Of a DNA stretch of 64,000 nt, positions 37,261 through 49,264 are shown piece after piece (positions within the stretch are counted from its first letter, which is position 1; the number at the start of each line of letters is the position of its first letter). The notes beneath the pieces are model-generated. The model ran no database searches, was not told the origin of the DNA, and worked only from the letters and a program-made list of their open reading frames with translations. The position numbers and the translations under genes are program-made. This DNA comes from Auanema rhodensis (Eukaryota; Animalia; Nematoda), in the NCBI GenBank assembly GCA_964057225.1, contig OZ059895.1:9424001-9488000 (forward strand). The letters are read 5' to 3'.

Positions 37261-40200
37261 TTAAACACAATAACCGTAGGGTAAAGTACTATAATCTTGT
37301 AGATAACAAAGTTTATCCATTACAACTTTAGTACTTTTTGTCATATCCATTGTGGATATGGCACCGAGTTGCCTCTTTAACAAGGTTGTATTGGTTTTTA
37401 AAACCAATTTCTCTCCATCCATAACGAGTCCGCGAACCAGTCGCTCCATACTTTCAAAGTTTACCACTGATGCTGCCGTGTGGTCCAACGTCTGAAAATT
37501 ATAAAATTATTTGAAAAGTCAAAGCTCGTTCTTACCACTCCCTTTGCCTTTGTTACATACTTTACATCACCAGCTGCATTTACAAGTTTATAACTATAAA
37601 CTTTTGCCGCTGGTGACACAAACTTGGTCATTGACCAACCATCGGGTATTTCAGAGGTTAGTTTACCTAACCATTCACCCTTCATATCCTCAATTGGATC
37701 TGGCTCATCTAGGCATCTTTGATAAATTAGAGAATCCGTGTCTAAATAATGTAAGTTTAAATTGAATACAAAGTATAAAATTACCTGTATACACCAAATT
37801 CTTTCCAATTTTCTCCGTTGCCTTATACAATAGTAGCCTTGCATGAGCGGTTGTATAGGCCGCAATAGCTACGTTTGTAAAAGGCGGTGGTGCCAAATGT
37901 GAATCCTCTGGTACTGTTGTGCAGTACGCAACATTATCCACAATTTTGAACCCAGTGAGTTCCCTTGCAGGATCAGTAATGATCCTACCAATTTCTGGGT
38001 CCTCAACACCAATAATCTTGGTTTGGGCTTTATCAGGTCTTTGACCCATTTTACCCCAGACACTATAAGCAAATTTGTAATGTATTGTTTTTAAAAAGTT
38101 TACAAACCTATTTAGCTGCAGTTTGGCAATGCTACGCATGGCAGCATTCTTTTCAATTTTATTGCTCTCCAGAGCAACACCAGTGTTCTCCTCGTGCTCT
38201 TGGAGATAAATCACCTGTAAAATTCTATTTAATGTGATACTTTTATTAAAACATACCTTTTCTTCCTCTGTCATGTTTGGCCTTGGCCAGCCCGACGCCT
38301 CTTGTTTAATTTTTATGTACTTTTGTACAAACTCTTTAAACATGCCGCCTTGTTGCCATTCTTCCCAGTGCCACACCTCATGCACATGAAGCACTTTATA
38401 GCCACGTTGTATGGCACACTCGAGCTCAACATGTGTCACAGTTAGATGCAGCTTTCTAGCATTTACATCATTTTGGTGCTCACATGCTACATTTTTACTC
38501 TTGACTGCACAAGTGCGGCAGTTTGTAAAAATTAATTTACCGCCAATACGTGTGCCTAATACAGGGTACAGCAAATTTGTGGGTGCAAGCACGTCACATT
38601 TTACTAGCCCCTTGTATGGGCAACATGTCTCAAAGCTTTTGAAACCCTCAGTAATAACTTTGGGATTACCTACAGGGTAATAGGCATCAAAAGCGGTGAC
38701 ATATGGATATAGTGAACAAAAGTCCACATACTCGAGCGAGTATCTATCCGAAGCTTGTGCCAAAAGCTTATATGTCTGGGTGCGGCCACCGGTAAAGGCA
38801 TCTCTAGGTGCCAAGCGTGTAACAACATTTGTTTCACGCATAAATTTCGCCATTTCTTCATTGGCCGAAATTTGAGCATTAATTTCGTGCTCCCACACAG
38901 TGGTAACACTAATGCCTTGGCTTTGAATTGCTTCAAGCCTTTTCATGGTTTTATCATAAACCTAAATTTTTCAAATTAAAATGATTAAAAAAGTCACAAT
39001 TACCTCTTCCATTGTTTCACCATTTCTGCCTGGTGCTATAGCGCTCTTGTTGGTGCACTGGGGGCAACCATGGTAAATGCAACCATTAATCTACAAAAAT
39101 TTGCATTTTTTACATTTTTTACAAATTACTCACCTCATAGCCATGATTGGCAACGGGGTCATAAGCATCGAGTAGATAGCGATGGCCATCTACTCTCACT
39201 GCAAATTCGCCACCATTAAGCTTATGCATTAATGGGCGGCCCAATCCTTGTTCTAGCCATTTTAGATACTTTATGGCTATTATACTCTGCTTTTGACCGG
39301 CATAATAACCAGTCTCGGGCAGAATACCCACTTGGTTCTCTTTAATATGATTCATTTTCAACTGTAATATACTAGTTTTGAAAATGCTTGTATTTGAAAA
39401 AACTTGCCTGGAATAAAGAGAAACTGGCAAATGTCATACATTGTATGACAGGGTTCCAGCCAGTGGTGGCGGTTGCCAACTTCATGTAAACTTTCATACA
39501 GTTGGTTAAAATACGGACATCTGTCCTACAATATTCCAAAAGCTCTTCATCAAAATCAAACGCTCTTTGATTACGCTCTTCATACCAAATATTGAATGAA
39601 GCTAGGTCTTCTGCTTTCATTCTAGCAGTACAATAGTACTGTTTTGGTGGTAAAGATGGCAACACTTTGCCATAATTTATTGGATGATTATAAAGGTAAG
39701 GAAACTGTCCTTTACTCATATCAGGTACACCGAATGCCTTGGGTAATGCTGATAAGGGTAAAGGCACTAATAAATAACTATCTTTAAAATATAAATGATT
39801 AAATTTTTGACCTCTTAAAGGCTTGACAACCATGCTAATAATCTTGGTCCCATTTAAAATTGGATCAGGATATATTCCACGGTTTATCAGCCTAGACACC
39901 AAGAAATGTATGTCAAAGCGTGAACCATTATGCGCAATCAAAATTGCATTATCATTCTCAACAGAGTTGAGTAACCAATCAAGGAAACGATCTGTTACAG
40001 ACCATTCACTATCACCTTGTTGGTACCCAAAATGGCCCTCCTTGGTTGTGCATTTTTCGCATGAATTGGCGTCTATACAACTTTCACAAAATTTATTATA
40101 CACAACCATATTGGGCCATTGTTCATCTGCATATTCATGAACATTTGTACCGTTTTTTAACACAACCGTTTCAAAGTCATAGAATATAATCTTAAACAAG

Positions 40201-42318
40201 TAAGCATTACACTTGTAAAGATGTTAAATACAAACCTTGTATTTTTCTTGCCTCTTTTTTAACTGATCCTTCTTCTTGTCGTTAGGTGGTACCCAACAAC
40301 AAGAATGATCTTCAGGCTTTGTTTGCCCACACTTTTTGCAAAATTTCTCATTGCAATTGTGCGGTCTATCAGCACGTACTCTGTGATAATGATCACAGTT
40401 TTCACATGTCTGAATTTAGTCTTGTTAAATTTTATATAAATTTTTTAAATTACCTTAAACATTCGACATGTTTTTCTAATATGCCTGTCAAAGCATTGAC
40501 GAGTTTTGAACAAAACTCTACAACTATCACATCTTATGCTACTTTCAACCACATTTTCCATCGAATTACATTTTAAGGTGTGGCATTTCTTACACTTGGC
40601 TTTACATCTATGCAACACTGTTTTGTAAGATAATTTACAGTGTTGGCATATATCACCATCAAAAACCTGTGATCTACTACAAGTAGTAATACAGTCATAA
40701 TGATTATTTCGGTAGCCTAGTGTTACCACTTTGCTAGCCGTTTCATTAAAGATACGCTGAATAGCGTACATACGCTGTCCAGGTGGCCTAGCGTATACTA
40801 CAAACTTATAGTCTGTATTACAACTTGCAATAATATTTAAATGGTTCAAATTATAATTTGGTAAATGTACAGAAATACCACACCTATTCAATAAATTGAT
40901 ATGATGTGGTTGATTTGGCAACAAGATGTAGTTGCGACGAAGATTTTGAATCCTCCGCTTCTCAATTACATCTTCTGCTGCCTCTTCATCGGCTTTCCAC
41001 ATTCCCACAACTGCTGCTCTAGCCAGGCAATGTGTATCAGTGTTCTCAATTGTGCCAGGTATTTTGAGTTCGGCATCAAAATAGAAACCAACTCTACCTT
41101 CACCAGGCATCAGGCTTGGCTGCACTGGTCTCTCATCAAACACAAAGGATGGGTGCTCTATTGATAGACAAAATAGCGCTTTTTGTTTATCTGGCACACC
41201 ACTTTCAGCAAGGCACCGATCAAGGAACTCATTAAATAGCCGCGGCATGACAACATGCATTGGCTCATTAATGTTTTCCAAATGTGGGAACGTGAGCGAT
41301 CTAACGACCACGTTGGTAAACCGACCAGTGCGTTTTATGCGTCGGTGTGACCACTATAATACACACTTTTTATAATGGTTATTTAGTTTAGATATTTAGT
41401 TTAAATATAAATAATTTTTGTTTATAACTTTTAATAAATTTACTTTTCTTTAAATTATTTTTATATTCTTTTATTAAAAATAAATGGCATTTGATTTTTA
41501 AATATAAAGTTTTTTCTTTTATAAACATTTGTTAATGTTTAAAAATAAATGAAAAGGTCAAGATGGTGTTTTATTATTTTACTAGTTCAAAATGTTTGAA
41601 ATATTTATAATTTGTAAGAATTCAAAATTGGTTGAAAGAAAGATATATAGTGAGATGAAATGTAAAGATTTTAAAATGAATGCTGTTCAAAAGAATGAAT
41701 ATATAAGTTTCAAAATACTTGCAATTTGTTTGATAAAAGATATAGATTGAGATGAAATGTAAAGATGAGAGAGAGAGAATTTTATGAATGCAATTGAAAA
41801 AGAGATATAAATTTCAAAATGTTTTCAAAATATGCAATTGGAGCAAGAGAAAATTTCATGTTTCAAAAGATATTTTATGAAATGATATGTAAATAAAAGA
41901 TCGCACCTCTATTTTACAGACATCGTTGAATGCCGCTCCATATCCGACTTGCCCTCCACTGGTTGATGGGGTAGCAGGATCCCATTCGCTTAAAAAGAAA
42001 AAACTAAATGTTATAATTTTAATATCGCTTACTCATCACTGTCATCCAAGGTTATTACTTCAATAACCCTTGATGATGAGGGCCCACTGTTAAAAGTGGG
42101 TGATGTGGGCTCACAGAGCTCGATCCCACCAGCCTCGGTAAACTTTATACGTTTACTAAAAAACAAAATATATATAAAGATTCAAAATATTGTTAAATTA
42201 CCTGAGCTGATTGATTTCTTCATAATCAAATCCTAGCTCTTCACATAAACGTTTATAACTAAAAAAAGAAAAAGTTTACAAACAAATAATCAAAAAGACA
42301 CAACCTATTAGCAGCCAT
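37261..42318 (-). CDS. Protein-primed DNA polymerase B, 14 exons. Appears open after splicing apart from a ~45-codon in-frame deletion at ~41143
   Basis: All exo and pol motifs are restored by GT-AG/GC-AG splicing. Start MAANS at 42318. Confidence 0.85.
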
Positions 42319-43501
42319 TGTACCTTGATATAATGAATACATCAGTCTACACATTGCTGTTGGCATTGTAATTTGTTATGTAACATGGATTTGGGTACAG
42401 CTGTCAAAACTAGCAGTTGCGATAAACTTTAAAATAAATAAGCATATTGAATACATCTGTTTTTATTGTACCCGTCGGATTAATTTTTGTTATTAGTTCT
42501 TATTAAATTAACATTATGCGTTTCATTGAGGTCAGCGCAACTGTTTGTTAATCTTATTGTATTTACCTTCAATGTGTGCTCTATTTAGTTATTGTATTGT
42601 TATATTAGTAAAATAAAGTTTAAAACTAATCTTTTATTATAATTTGAAACTTTTACTTGTTAGAACAAATATAATTAATAACAATTTGTAATTTCAAAAA
42701 TTAATAATTTAATGTCGTTCTTATCGAATTAACTTTCGATATGTGTTCCATTAAATTTTGGTATTTCATATCGTTCTTATCGAATTAACCTTCGATATGT
42801 GTTCCATTAAATTTTGGAATTTTATATCGTTCTTATCGAATTAACCTTCGATATGTGTTCCATTGAATTTTGTATTTCATATCGTTCTTATCGAATTAAC
42901 CTTCGATATGTGTTCCATTGAATTACCCATAACAAGTACGGTGAACAAAACGATATACATGCAAAAATTTTACTGTTTTTTAAAATAAAAACAATACAAA
43001 CACAATACAATAAAAAATAAACAAAAAAAGTAAACAAACATTATAAATAAATATAATAAAGAAATAAAGAAATAAATAAAATTTAAAAACAAATTTATAT
43101 ATTTAAAATTTAAATATGATTTATATATAAAATTTAAAGTTTAAATATAGTTTATATATATAAAATTTAAATATAATTTAAATATTTAAAATTAAGATTT
43201 TTATTTTTACTTAATATATTTAAAAATAATTAAAAATATATACATACATTTGAAAAAGCATATTTAAATTTGATTTTAAAAAAAAATCATGCTTTAAATC
43301 ATGATTTTTAAATTTAAAAAAAGAGAATCCATGAACCATGATCCCAAAATATGATTTTAACAGCTGACGCTCAAAAATATGTTTTTGACAGCTGACGCGC
43401 CCCAAAAGTATGTTTTTAGCAGCTGACGCCCCCAAAAGTATGTTTTTGACAGCTGTTTGGGGGCGTGGTTAGTAAATTTTGCACGGCTCTCTACTAATAC
43501 T

Positions 43502-43723
43502 GATGAAAAGTCATTCAGATATATTACAAATACGTAATTGTCTGCTGCAATTATTTGGGCCACGTTTCAAAAATGCTCTAGAGGCGTATGATGATGCAAT
43601 GTCTACTCCCTATAGTCATTTACTGACAATCATCCTTTAACAAGTGATAAGCAGCGTATACTATCTGATATAACAGCGGAGAACCCTATTGTTTATGTTG
43701 CCAGAAATGTGTTTAGTGTTTAA
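43502..43723 (+). pseudogene. Packaging ATPase, 3' part
   Basis: MKSHSDILQIRNC...AYDDAMSTPYSHLL. Confidence 0.88.
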
Positions 43724-43735
43724 AGTGCTTGTTCA

Positions 43736-44040
43736 ACGAGTGGTCGTATTTTGTCAAATTTCAACTTTTTGTCTTCTTGCGCCAAAACTCCTTGTTCTGT
43801 TTCCTCATTTTCTTTTGCACAAATTGAAATTATTGTTGAAATTGTATTTAATATTGAAATAATAATTTTCTTTTAACTAACAAGGAATATAAAACCCTCT
43901 TGCCTATATCTTCATTATTACGTCAAATAGCTTTGATACGCACACCGGAAAAGGCTAAATCATTATTGGCAACGCTTTCACACAAACAATTGAAAACAAT
44001 AGTTACATGTGGTATTGCCTATTTTGGTTTTAAATCATGA
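43736..44040 (+). pseudogene. PW-like small protein, degraded
   Basis: Homologue of 2086-2394. Start codon mutated and small indel. Confidence 0.5.
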
Positions 44041-44746
44041 AGCTCAACCATAAATATCGACTAATTCCTGTCGACGAGGAAACAATTAATATAGACAAGT
44101 TTGATGCAGAGCTCAAGCTTTTACGAGAAAATAGAGCTATACCCGACTATAAAAAGGCTGAACTATACGAAGACTTGATTACTCGTCTCAAAAACTATAG
44201 AGAAAGTATAGATGCGCCCATATCAGTACAAGTGGAAAATGCTGATCCACCTCTATTGCCAGAATACAAGTTGCCAAGAAAGTATAACAATTTGTGGGAG
44301 AAATTTCCAGAGGTGCACAAACAAGAGTAATCAACTTGTGATTAATAATGAGGCTGTACACGAATATTACAAAAATTTTAGATTTTGTATTGGATAAAAC
44401 AAAAACGGAGCCCAATGGATTTTCAGTCTTGTCAAAGTTTTTAGCCAGTAAAGGCGTACCTAGTTCTAACAAGAAACAAACTAGAAGAGAGTTGGCTGAC
44501 AATGATTCAGTTGACGTTGTAACTAGAGCTGAACCGGCTGTTACAGACTTGGACTCTACTATATTACCTAGAACGCCTCGTCATCGTAAAGCTGTTATTC
44601 GATATTCACCATCACCGGTTCGTAAACTCAAAAGTAAAAGGTCAAAGACTTTTGATACTGCCGCCGAATCATATTACACACCACAAGAAGGAGACTCACA
44701 GAATGGCCAAGGTCGTAAAAGGTTCTACATTAGATTATGGAATTGA
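44037..44746 (+). pseudogene. PZ-like protein, frameshifted
   Basis: MKLNHKYRLIP...KAELYEDL...LVINNEAV..TNITKILDF..EPNGF, ending QNGQGRKRFYIRLWN. Lies upstream of the integrase. Confidence 0.6.
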
Positions 44747-45770
44747 TATTTTGGCGAGCATTTATTACGATATAAAACATCCAGCTTCATATACATCAGC
44801 CAAGAATTTATTATCGCAAGCACGAAAACATGGCATTTCAAAGGTACAAGTTGATGATTTTTTGCAAGATTCTGAAACTTTTACACGGCATAAACCAACC
44901 AGAATGCGTATGCAGACTAGAAAGACTAGAGGATGTGGTCGATTTCTAACAGTGCAAGCAGATTTGGTTGATATGCAAAAATATAAAAAATTAAACGACG
45001 GCTATGCTTACATGTTGACCATGATTGATGTTTATACACGCATGTTATATGTTAGGCCTTTGAAAACTAAAGGTGGTATAGAGGTTGCTAGTGCATTTGA
45101 AAGTTTGTTCAAGAATTTTATACCAATTCAGTTGATTACTGATAATGGCATAGAGTTTTATAATAATCATTGTGAAAAACTATTCAAAAAGTTTGCCATA
45201 CTGCACGGATCTACAAGTTCACCACAAAAGGCTGCAATGGTGGAGCGAGCAAATAGAACTTTAAAAACACGCATGATGAAATATCTCTATTACAAGAATA
45301 ATCATCGTTGGATTGATATCCTAGATGATTTGGTTGAAGGAATAAACAAATCTTATAACCGCTCCATAAAAATGCGGCCCATTGATGTTAAAGCAAATAT
45401 ATTCATTGAAGAATATGCACCAGCTGTTAAAAGCCGCTTTAAAATTGGTGATACTGTTCGCATAAGTAAAAATAGGCGTACTTTTGAAAAAAGCTACGAG
45501 TCTGGATATACAATGGAGCTATTCACAACTGATGAGGTTGTAACCGGAAACCCAACCGTGTATAAACTTGTAGATTATAATGGTGAACGTATAAAGGGAA
45601 TATTCTACGAACCTGAACTTGTCTTGGCTACTAATAAAAGCAACCAGTACTATATAGAAAAAGTTTTAAAAGAGCGTACTCGAAGCGGTAAACGTCAAGT
45701 ATTTGTAAAATGGAGTGGATATCCCGACAACTTTAATGAATGGATAGATGCAGAAAATTTAAATGTATAA
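44652..45770 (+). CDS. Maverick DDE integrase (rve) with C-terminal chromodomain, intact
   Basis: QADLVDM, ITDNGIEF and MVERANRTLK (D-D-E). Chromodomain YYIEKVL...VKWSGY...NEWI. Confidence 0.95.
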   Translation: MILPPNHITHHKKETHRMAKVVKGSTLDYGIDILASIYYDIKHPASYTSAKNLLSQARKHGISKVQVDDFLQDSETFTRHKPTRMRMQTRKTRGCGRFLTVQADLVDMQKYKKLNDGYAYMLTMIDVYTRMLYVRPLKTKGGIEVASAFESLFKNFIPIQLITDNGIEFYNNHCEKLFKKFAILHGSTSSPQKAAMVERANRTLKTRMMKYLYYKNNHRWIDILDDLVEGINKSYNRSIKMRPIDVKANIFIEEYAPAVKSRFKIGDTVRISKNRRTFEKSYESGYTMELFTTDEVVTGNPTVYKLVDYNGERIKGIFYEPELVLATNKSNQYYIEKVLKERTRSGKRQVFVKWSGYPDNFNEWIDAENLNV

Positions 45771-46225
45771 TTTTTCAATGTTATAAACAATTGTAATTAT
45801 AATAAATGATTTATTTGATATATCGCATAATGTAACAATAAAAAACCAGCAAAATACAAACAACAATTCAACCTGCAAAAAAAAAAAAAAGTAGACTATT
45901 CAAATTTTCAAATTCTTACCAGTTGGTTGATCATTCGTCCTCAATTAATGAGCCATTGATGAATATTCGCAAGAGCTGGAAAAAAAAATGTTACGGCTGA
46001 GAATATAAAAATGCCACATAACAAAACAAGAATAAAACGCCAATTGTACTATTTGTGCTTGTTGTAGTCAAAATGAAGGATCAAAGCGGATAAACATGTT
46101 CAGGTTGAGTGCTTCTGGACTTAGTTTAAAGTAGAATACATTCTGCTTATAACCAAAAGTCTTTACAGTAGCCTCATTTGCATATATAACAATATAGCCC
46201 ATATTGTTCAACAATTGCTTGCACG

Positions 46226-46652
46226 TCATGGTGTTATAAGAGCGCATCTAAAAAATGATAACATTGAAAATAAATAAATATGCAAGCTTATATTTATAGA
46301 CAAATTTTCGGGCTTATAATGACAAAACTCCTTCAAAAGACCCAACGCATCATTCCTTCCTCTACACTTTATACAGAGGCTGAAACAGTGATACTCGTCT
46401 ATAACCTGCAATGATTCCCTACAAGTTTTGCAGAGACAAATTGGTCTCATTAATACACTCCTTGGTGGAGTGCTCTCTCTCAGAATCTCCATCTGCTTTA
46501 TTGGTGAATCTAAACTAAAGATTTAAAAAATACAAGTTAAGGTTCATACCAAAACTTGTGAAATTTGGAGCTGGTGTGGGTGGTCGTGGTACTTCAGGTT
46601 CAGGCGATTTGCGCACAACATTTGTCACATCAGCAAGTACAGCACGCTTCAT
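46226..46652 (-). CDS. Accessory Cys-rich protein with an N-terminal D-box-like motif (one intron, 46510-46549)
   Basis: Spliced translation MKRAVLADVTNVVRKSPEPEVPRPPTPAPNFTSF|DSPIKQMEILRESTPP...CLCKTC...HCFSLCIKC. Confidence 0.55.
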
Positions 46653-47287
46653 TTCCGCTAAAGATCCAACTTTCTAAAATATAAGGCAAACTTGCAGAGA
46701 GCAGCAGTCTATGGCGATTGGCGAAGAGTGGCAGAAGATGGTGAAACGTCGGATCCTCGGATAGTTGGCAGAGCTGAAATGTAAATGAAGCAAAATTGCC
46801 AACCTTTTATACAAAGATTTTTGTAAAGTACAACCCATTGTGTTACAATCAAGTTTGCTGATGAAATTCTTTTATTAATTAGATTTTACAGCATATTTAT
46901 GCAGATATACTCATCTCATCGACAGTTGCCAGCAGTTGGCGCACTCTGAACCTGTAAACAATCTGCATATTAATTAGTTTTTACATCTCTTTAAACATTA
47001 TTGTTTACCGTTTGTCCCATAAACAACAGCCATCTCTGTAAAACATTTAGGCTTTTTAAACTTTGCTTAATAGCTCATATATTATTCATAGTATACTTTT
47101 AAACCCATATTGTAGCACAAAACATATGACTGCCAACGTTTTATATGTGAAAAATATTTCATTCTTGAATATTTAATAATGATTATATTACGAAACTAAA
47201 ACTTTTGATATGTTAAAATGTTTATACTATATTTAAACCCCCACAGTGCAGTTATTAGTGTTTATTAACCATCGATATGCGTGGCGT

Positions 47288-48232
47288 TGAGGTCAGCGCA
47301 ACTGTTTGTTAATCTTATTGTATTTACCTTCAATGTGTGCTCTATTTAGTTATTGTATTGTTATATTAGTAAAATAAAGTTTAAAACTAATCTTTTATTA
47401 TAATTTGAAACCTTTACTTGTTAGAATAAATATAATTAATAACAATTTGTAATTTCAAAAATTAATAATTTAATGTCGTTCTTATCGAATTAACCTTCGA
47501 TATGTGTTCCATTAAATTTTGGTATTTCATATCGTTCTTATCGAATTAACCTTCGATATGTGTTCCATTGAATTTTGGTATTTCATATCGTTCTTATCGA
47601 ATTAACTTTCGATATGTGTTCCATTGAATTACCCATAACAAGTACGGTGAACAAAATTATCTACATGCAAAACTTTTATTGATCTTTAAAAATAAAAACA
47701 GTAAAAAAAAAACACAATATTATAAAATAATAAACAAAATAAGTAAACAAACATAATTAATAAATATAATAAATGAATAAAGTAATAAAATTTTAAAACA
47801 AATTAATATATTTAAAATTTAAATATAATTTATATATATAAAGGTTAAATATAATTTAAATATTTAAAATTTAAATATAATTTATAAATATAAAATTTAA
47901 ATATAATTTAAATAGTTAAAATTTAGATTTTTTTTTCACTTAATATATTTAAAAATTAATTCAAAATATATAATTATATATATACATTTAAAAAAGCATA
48001 TTTAAATTTGATTTTAAAAAAAATCATGCTTTAAATCATGATTTTTAAATTTAAAAAAGGAGAATCCATGAACCATGGTCCCAAAATATGATTTTAACAG
48101 CTGACGCTCAAAAATATGTTTTTGACAGCTGACGCGCCCCAAAAGTATGTTTTTAGCAGCTGACGCCCCCAAAAGTATGTTTTTGACAGCTGTTTGGGGG
48201 CGTGGTTAGTAAATTTTGCACGGCTCTCTACT
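47288..48232. repeat. Subfamily B TIR at the integrase end (~945 bp)
   Basis: Homology with the pPolB-end termini starts at TTGAGGTCAGCGCAAC (47288). Confidence 0.85.
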
Positions 48233-49264
48233 GCTGTTGTACACTCTTATTTTTATAGTTTAGGAAACACTAATTCAAAATGTTGAATCCTACTGAGGAA
48301 ACACAGGATTGTTGCGAAAAACAGACTTGTACACATCCGATTACAAGTACAACATTTCCAGACACTTTGTAAAAAAGAAACTCTTACAAAATGTTAACAC
48401 ATGTTCTAATTTTAATTGAAAATTTATTGTTCAATAAATATATTACGAAACATTTATTCTATTCTTAGCCATAGTTACATTAGCTATCAGAACATTTATA
48501 AACTATTAGGGCTACAACAACAATTACTTTAAAGTAACATTTTTGATGTTAAAAAGTTTGAAAATATTTGTATATACTCTTGACCCCTTGGCATAGTAAG
48601 TATTCTTTAGCGTTATGGGTACATGTGGTGTACAGCTAGTTATCATATTTTAATGAACAAAACTTTTGCCATGTGGAACATGTGTAGTGCACCTGTTTTA
48701 ACGATCTTATCGAATTAACCTTCGATATGAGTTCCATTGATTAACCCATAAGAGGTACGGTGAACATATTGATTACCTTTTAAAAATATTTAAATAAATA
48801 AAAAAAATATATATATGAGAAATAATTTATTCAGTTTTAAAGATACAATTAGAAAATATATAAATATTAAAATACATTTAAAAAGAAATAATTTTAAAAA
48901 TATTTACAAATACAATTAACAAATATATAAATAATAAAAATTCATTTAAAATAATACATTAAAAAAATAATTTTAAAAATGAATTAAAAAAAAAAATAAT
49001 GCATTTTGATCCATGCGTAGGCTCGAGAGCCTGCCTCGGGAGGAAAAGTATATTTCTGACAGCTGACGCCGAAAATATGATTTTGACAGCTGACGCCCCC
49101 AAAAGTATGTTTTTAGCAGCTGATGCCCTCAAAAGTATGTTTTTAGCAACTGTTTGGGGGCGTGGTTAGTAAATTCGGCATGGCTCCCTTAAATTTAGTT
49201 TAAATATTTATTACTTCTTATCGAATTAAATTTGATATGAGTTCCATTGATTAACCCATAAGAG
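48233..49264. mobile_element. Subfamily A subterminal/TIR fragment with truncated terminus
   Basis: Reverse complement of the 19357-20830 region. Terminus ends CATGGCTCCC at ~49188. Confidence 0.75.

Larger units (their letters stand above)
27905..43495. mobile_element. Nested non-autonomous Maverick (subfamily B, 15,591 bp) carrying an LTR-RNA-virus chimera
   Basis: AGTAGAGAG...CTCTCTACT termini. 6-bp TSD AATACT at 27899-27904 and 43496-43501. Inverted homology between 27905-29136 and ~42195-43495. Confidence 0.93.
21990..48232. mobile_element. Outer Maverick (subfamily B), most of pPolB deleted, interrupted by the nested element 27905-43495
   Basis: AGTAGAGAGCCGTGCA at 21990 and its reverse complement ending at 48232. 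Gene order is collinear across the nested insertion. The outer flanks do not form a TSD. Confidence 0.8.

Noticed and set aside
45771-47287. Large envelope/fusogen gene in the accessory region
   Set aside because: Only short exons are present; there is no room or ORF for a large glycoprotein.
21984-48238. TSD for the outer B element
   Set aside because: The flanks AGCGCC and GCTGTT differ and come from different Maverick regions, so the two ends are not a clean single insertion.
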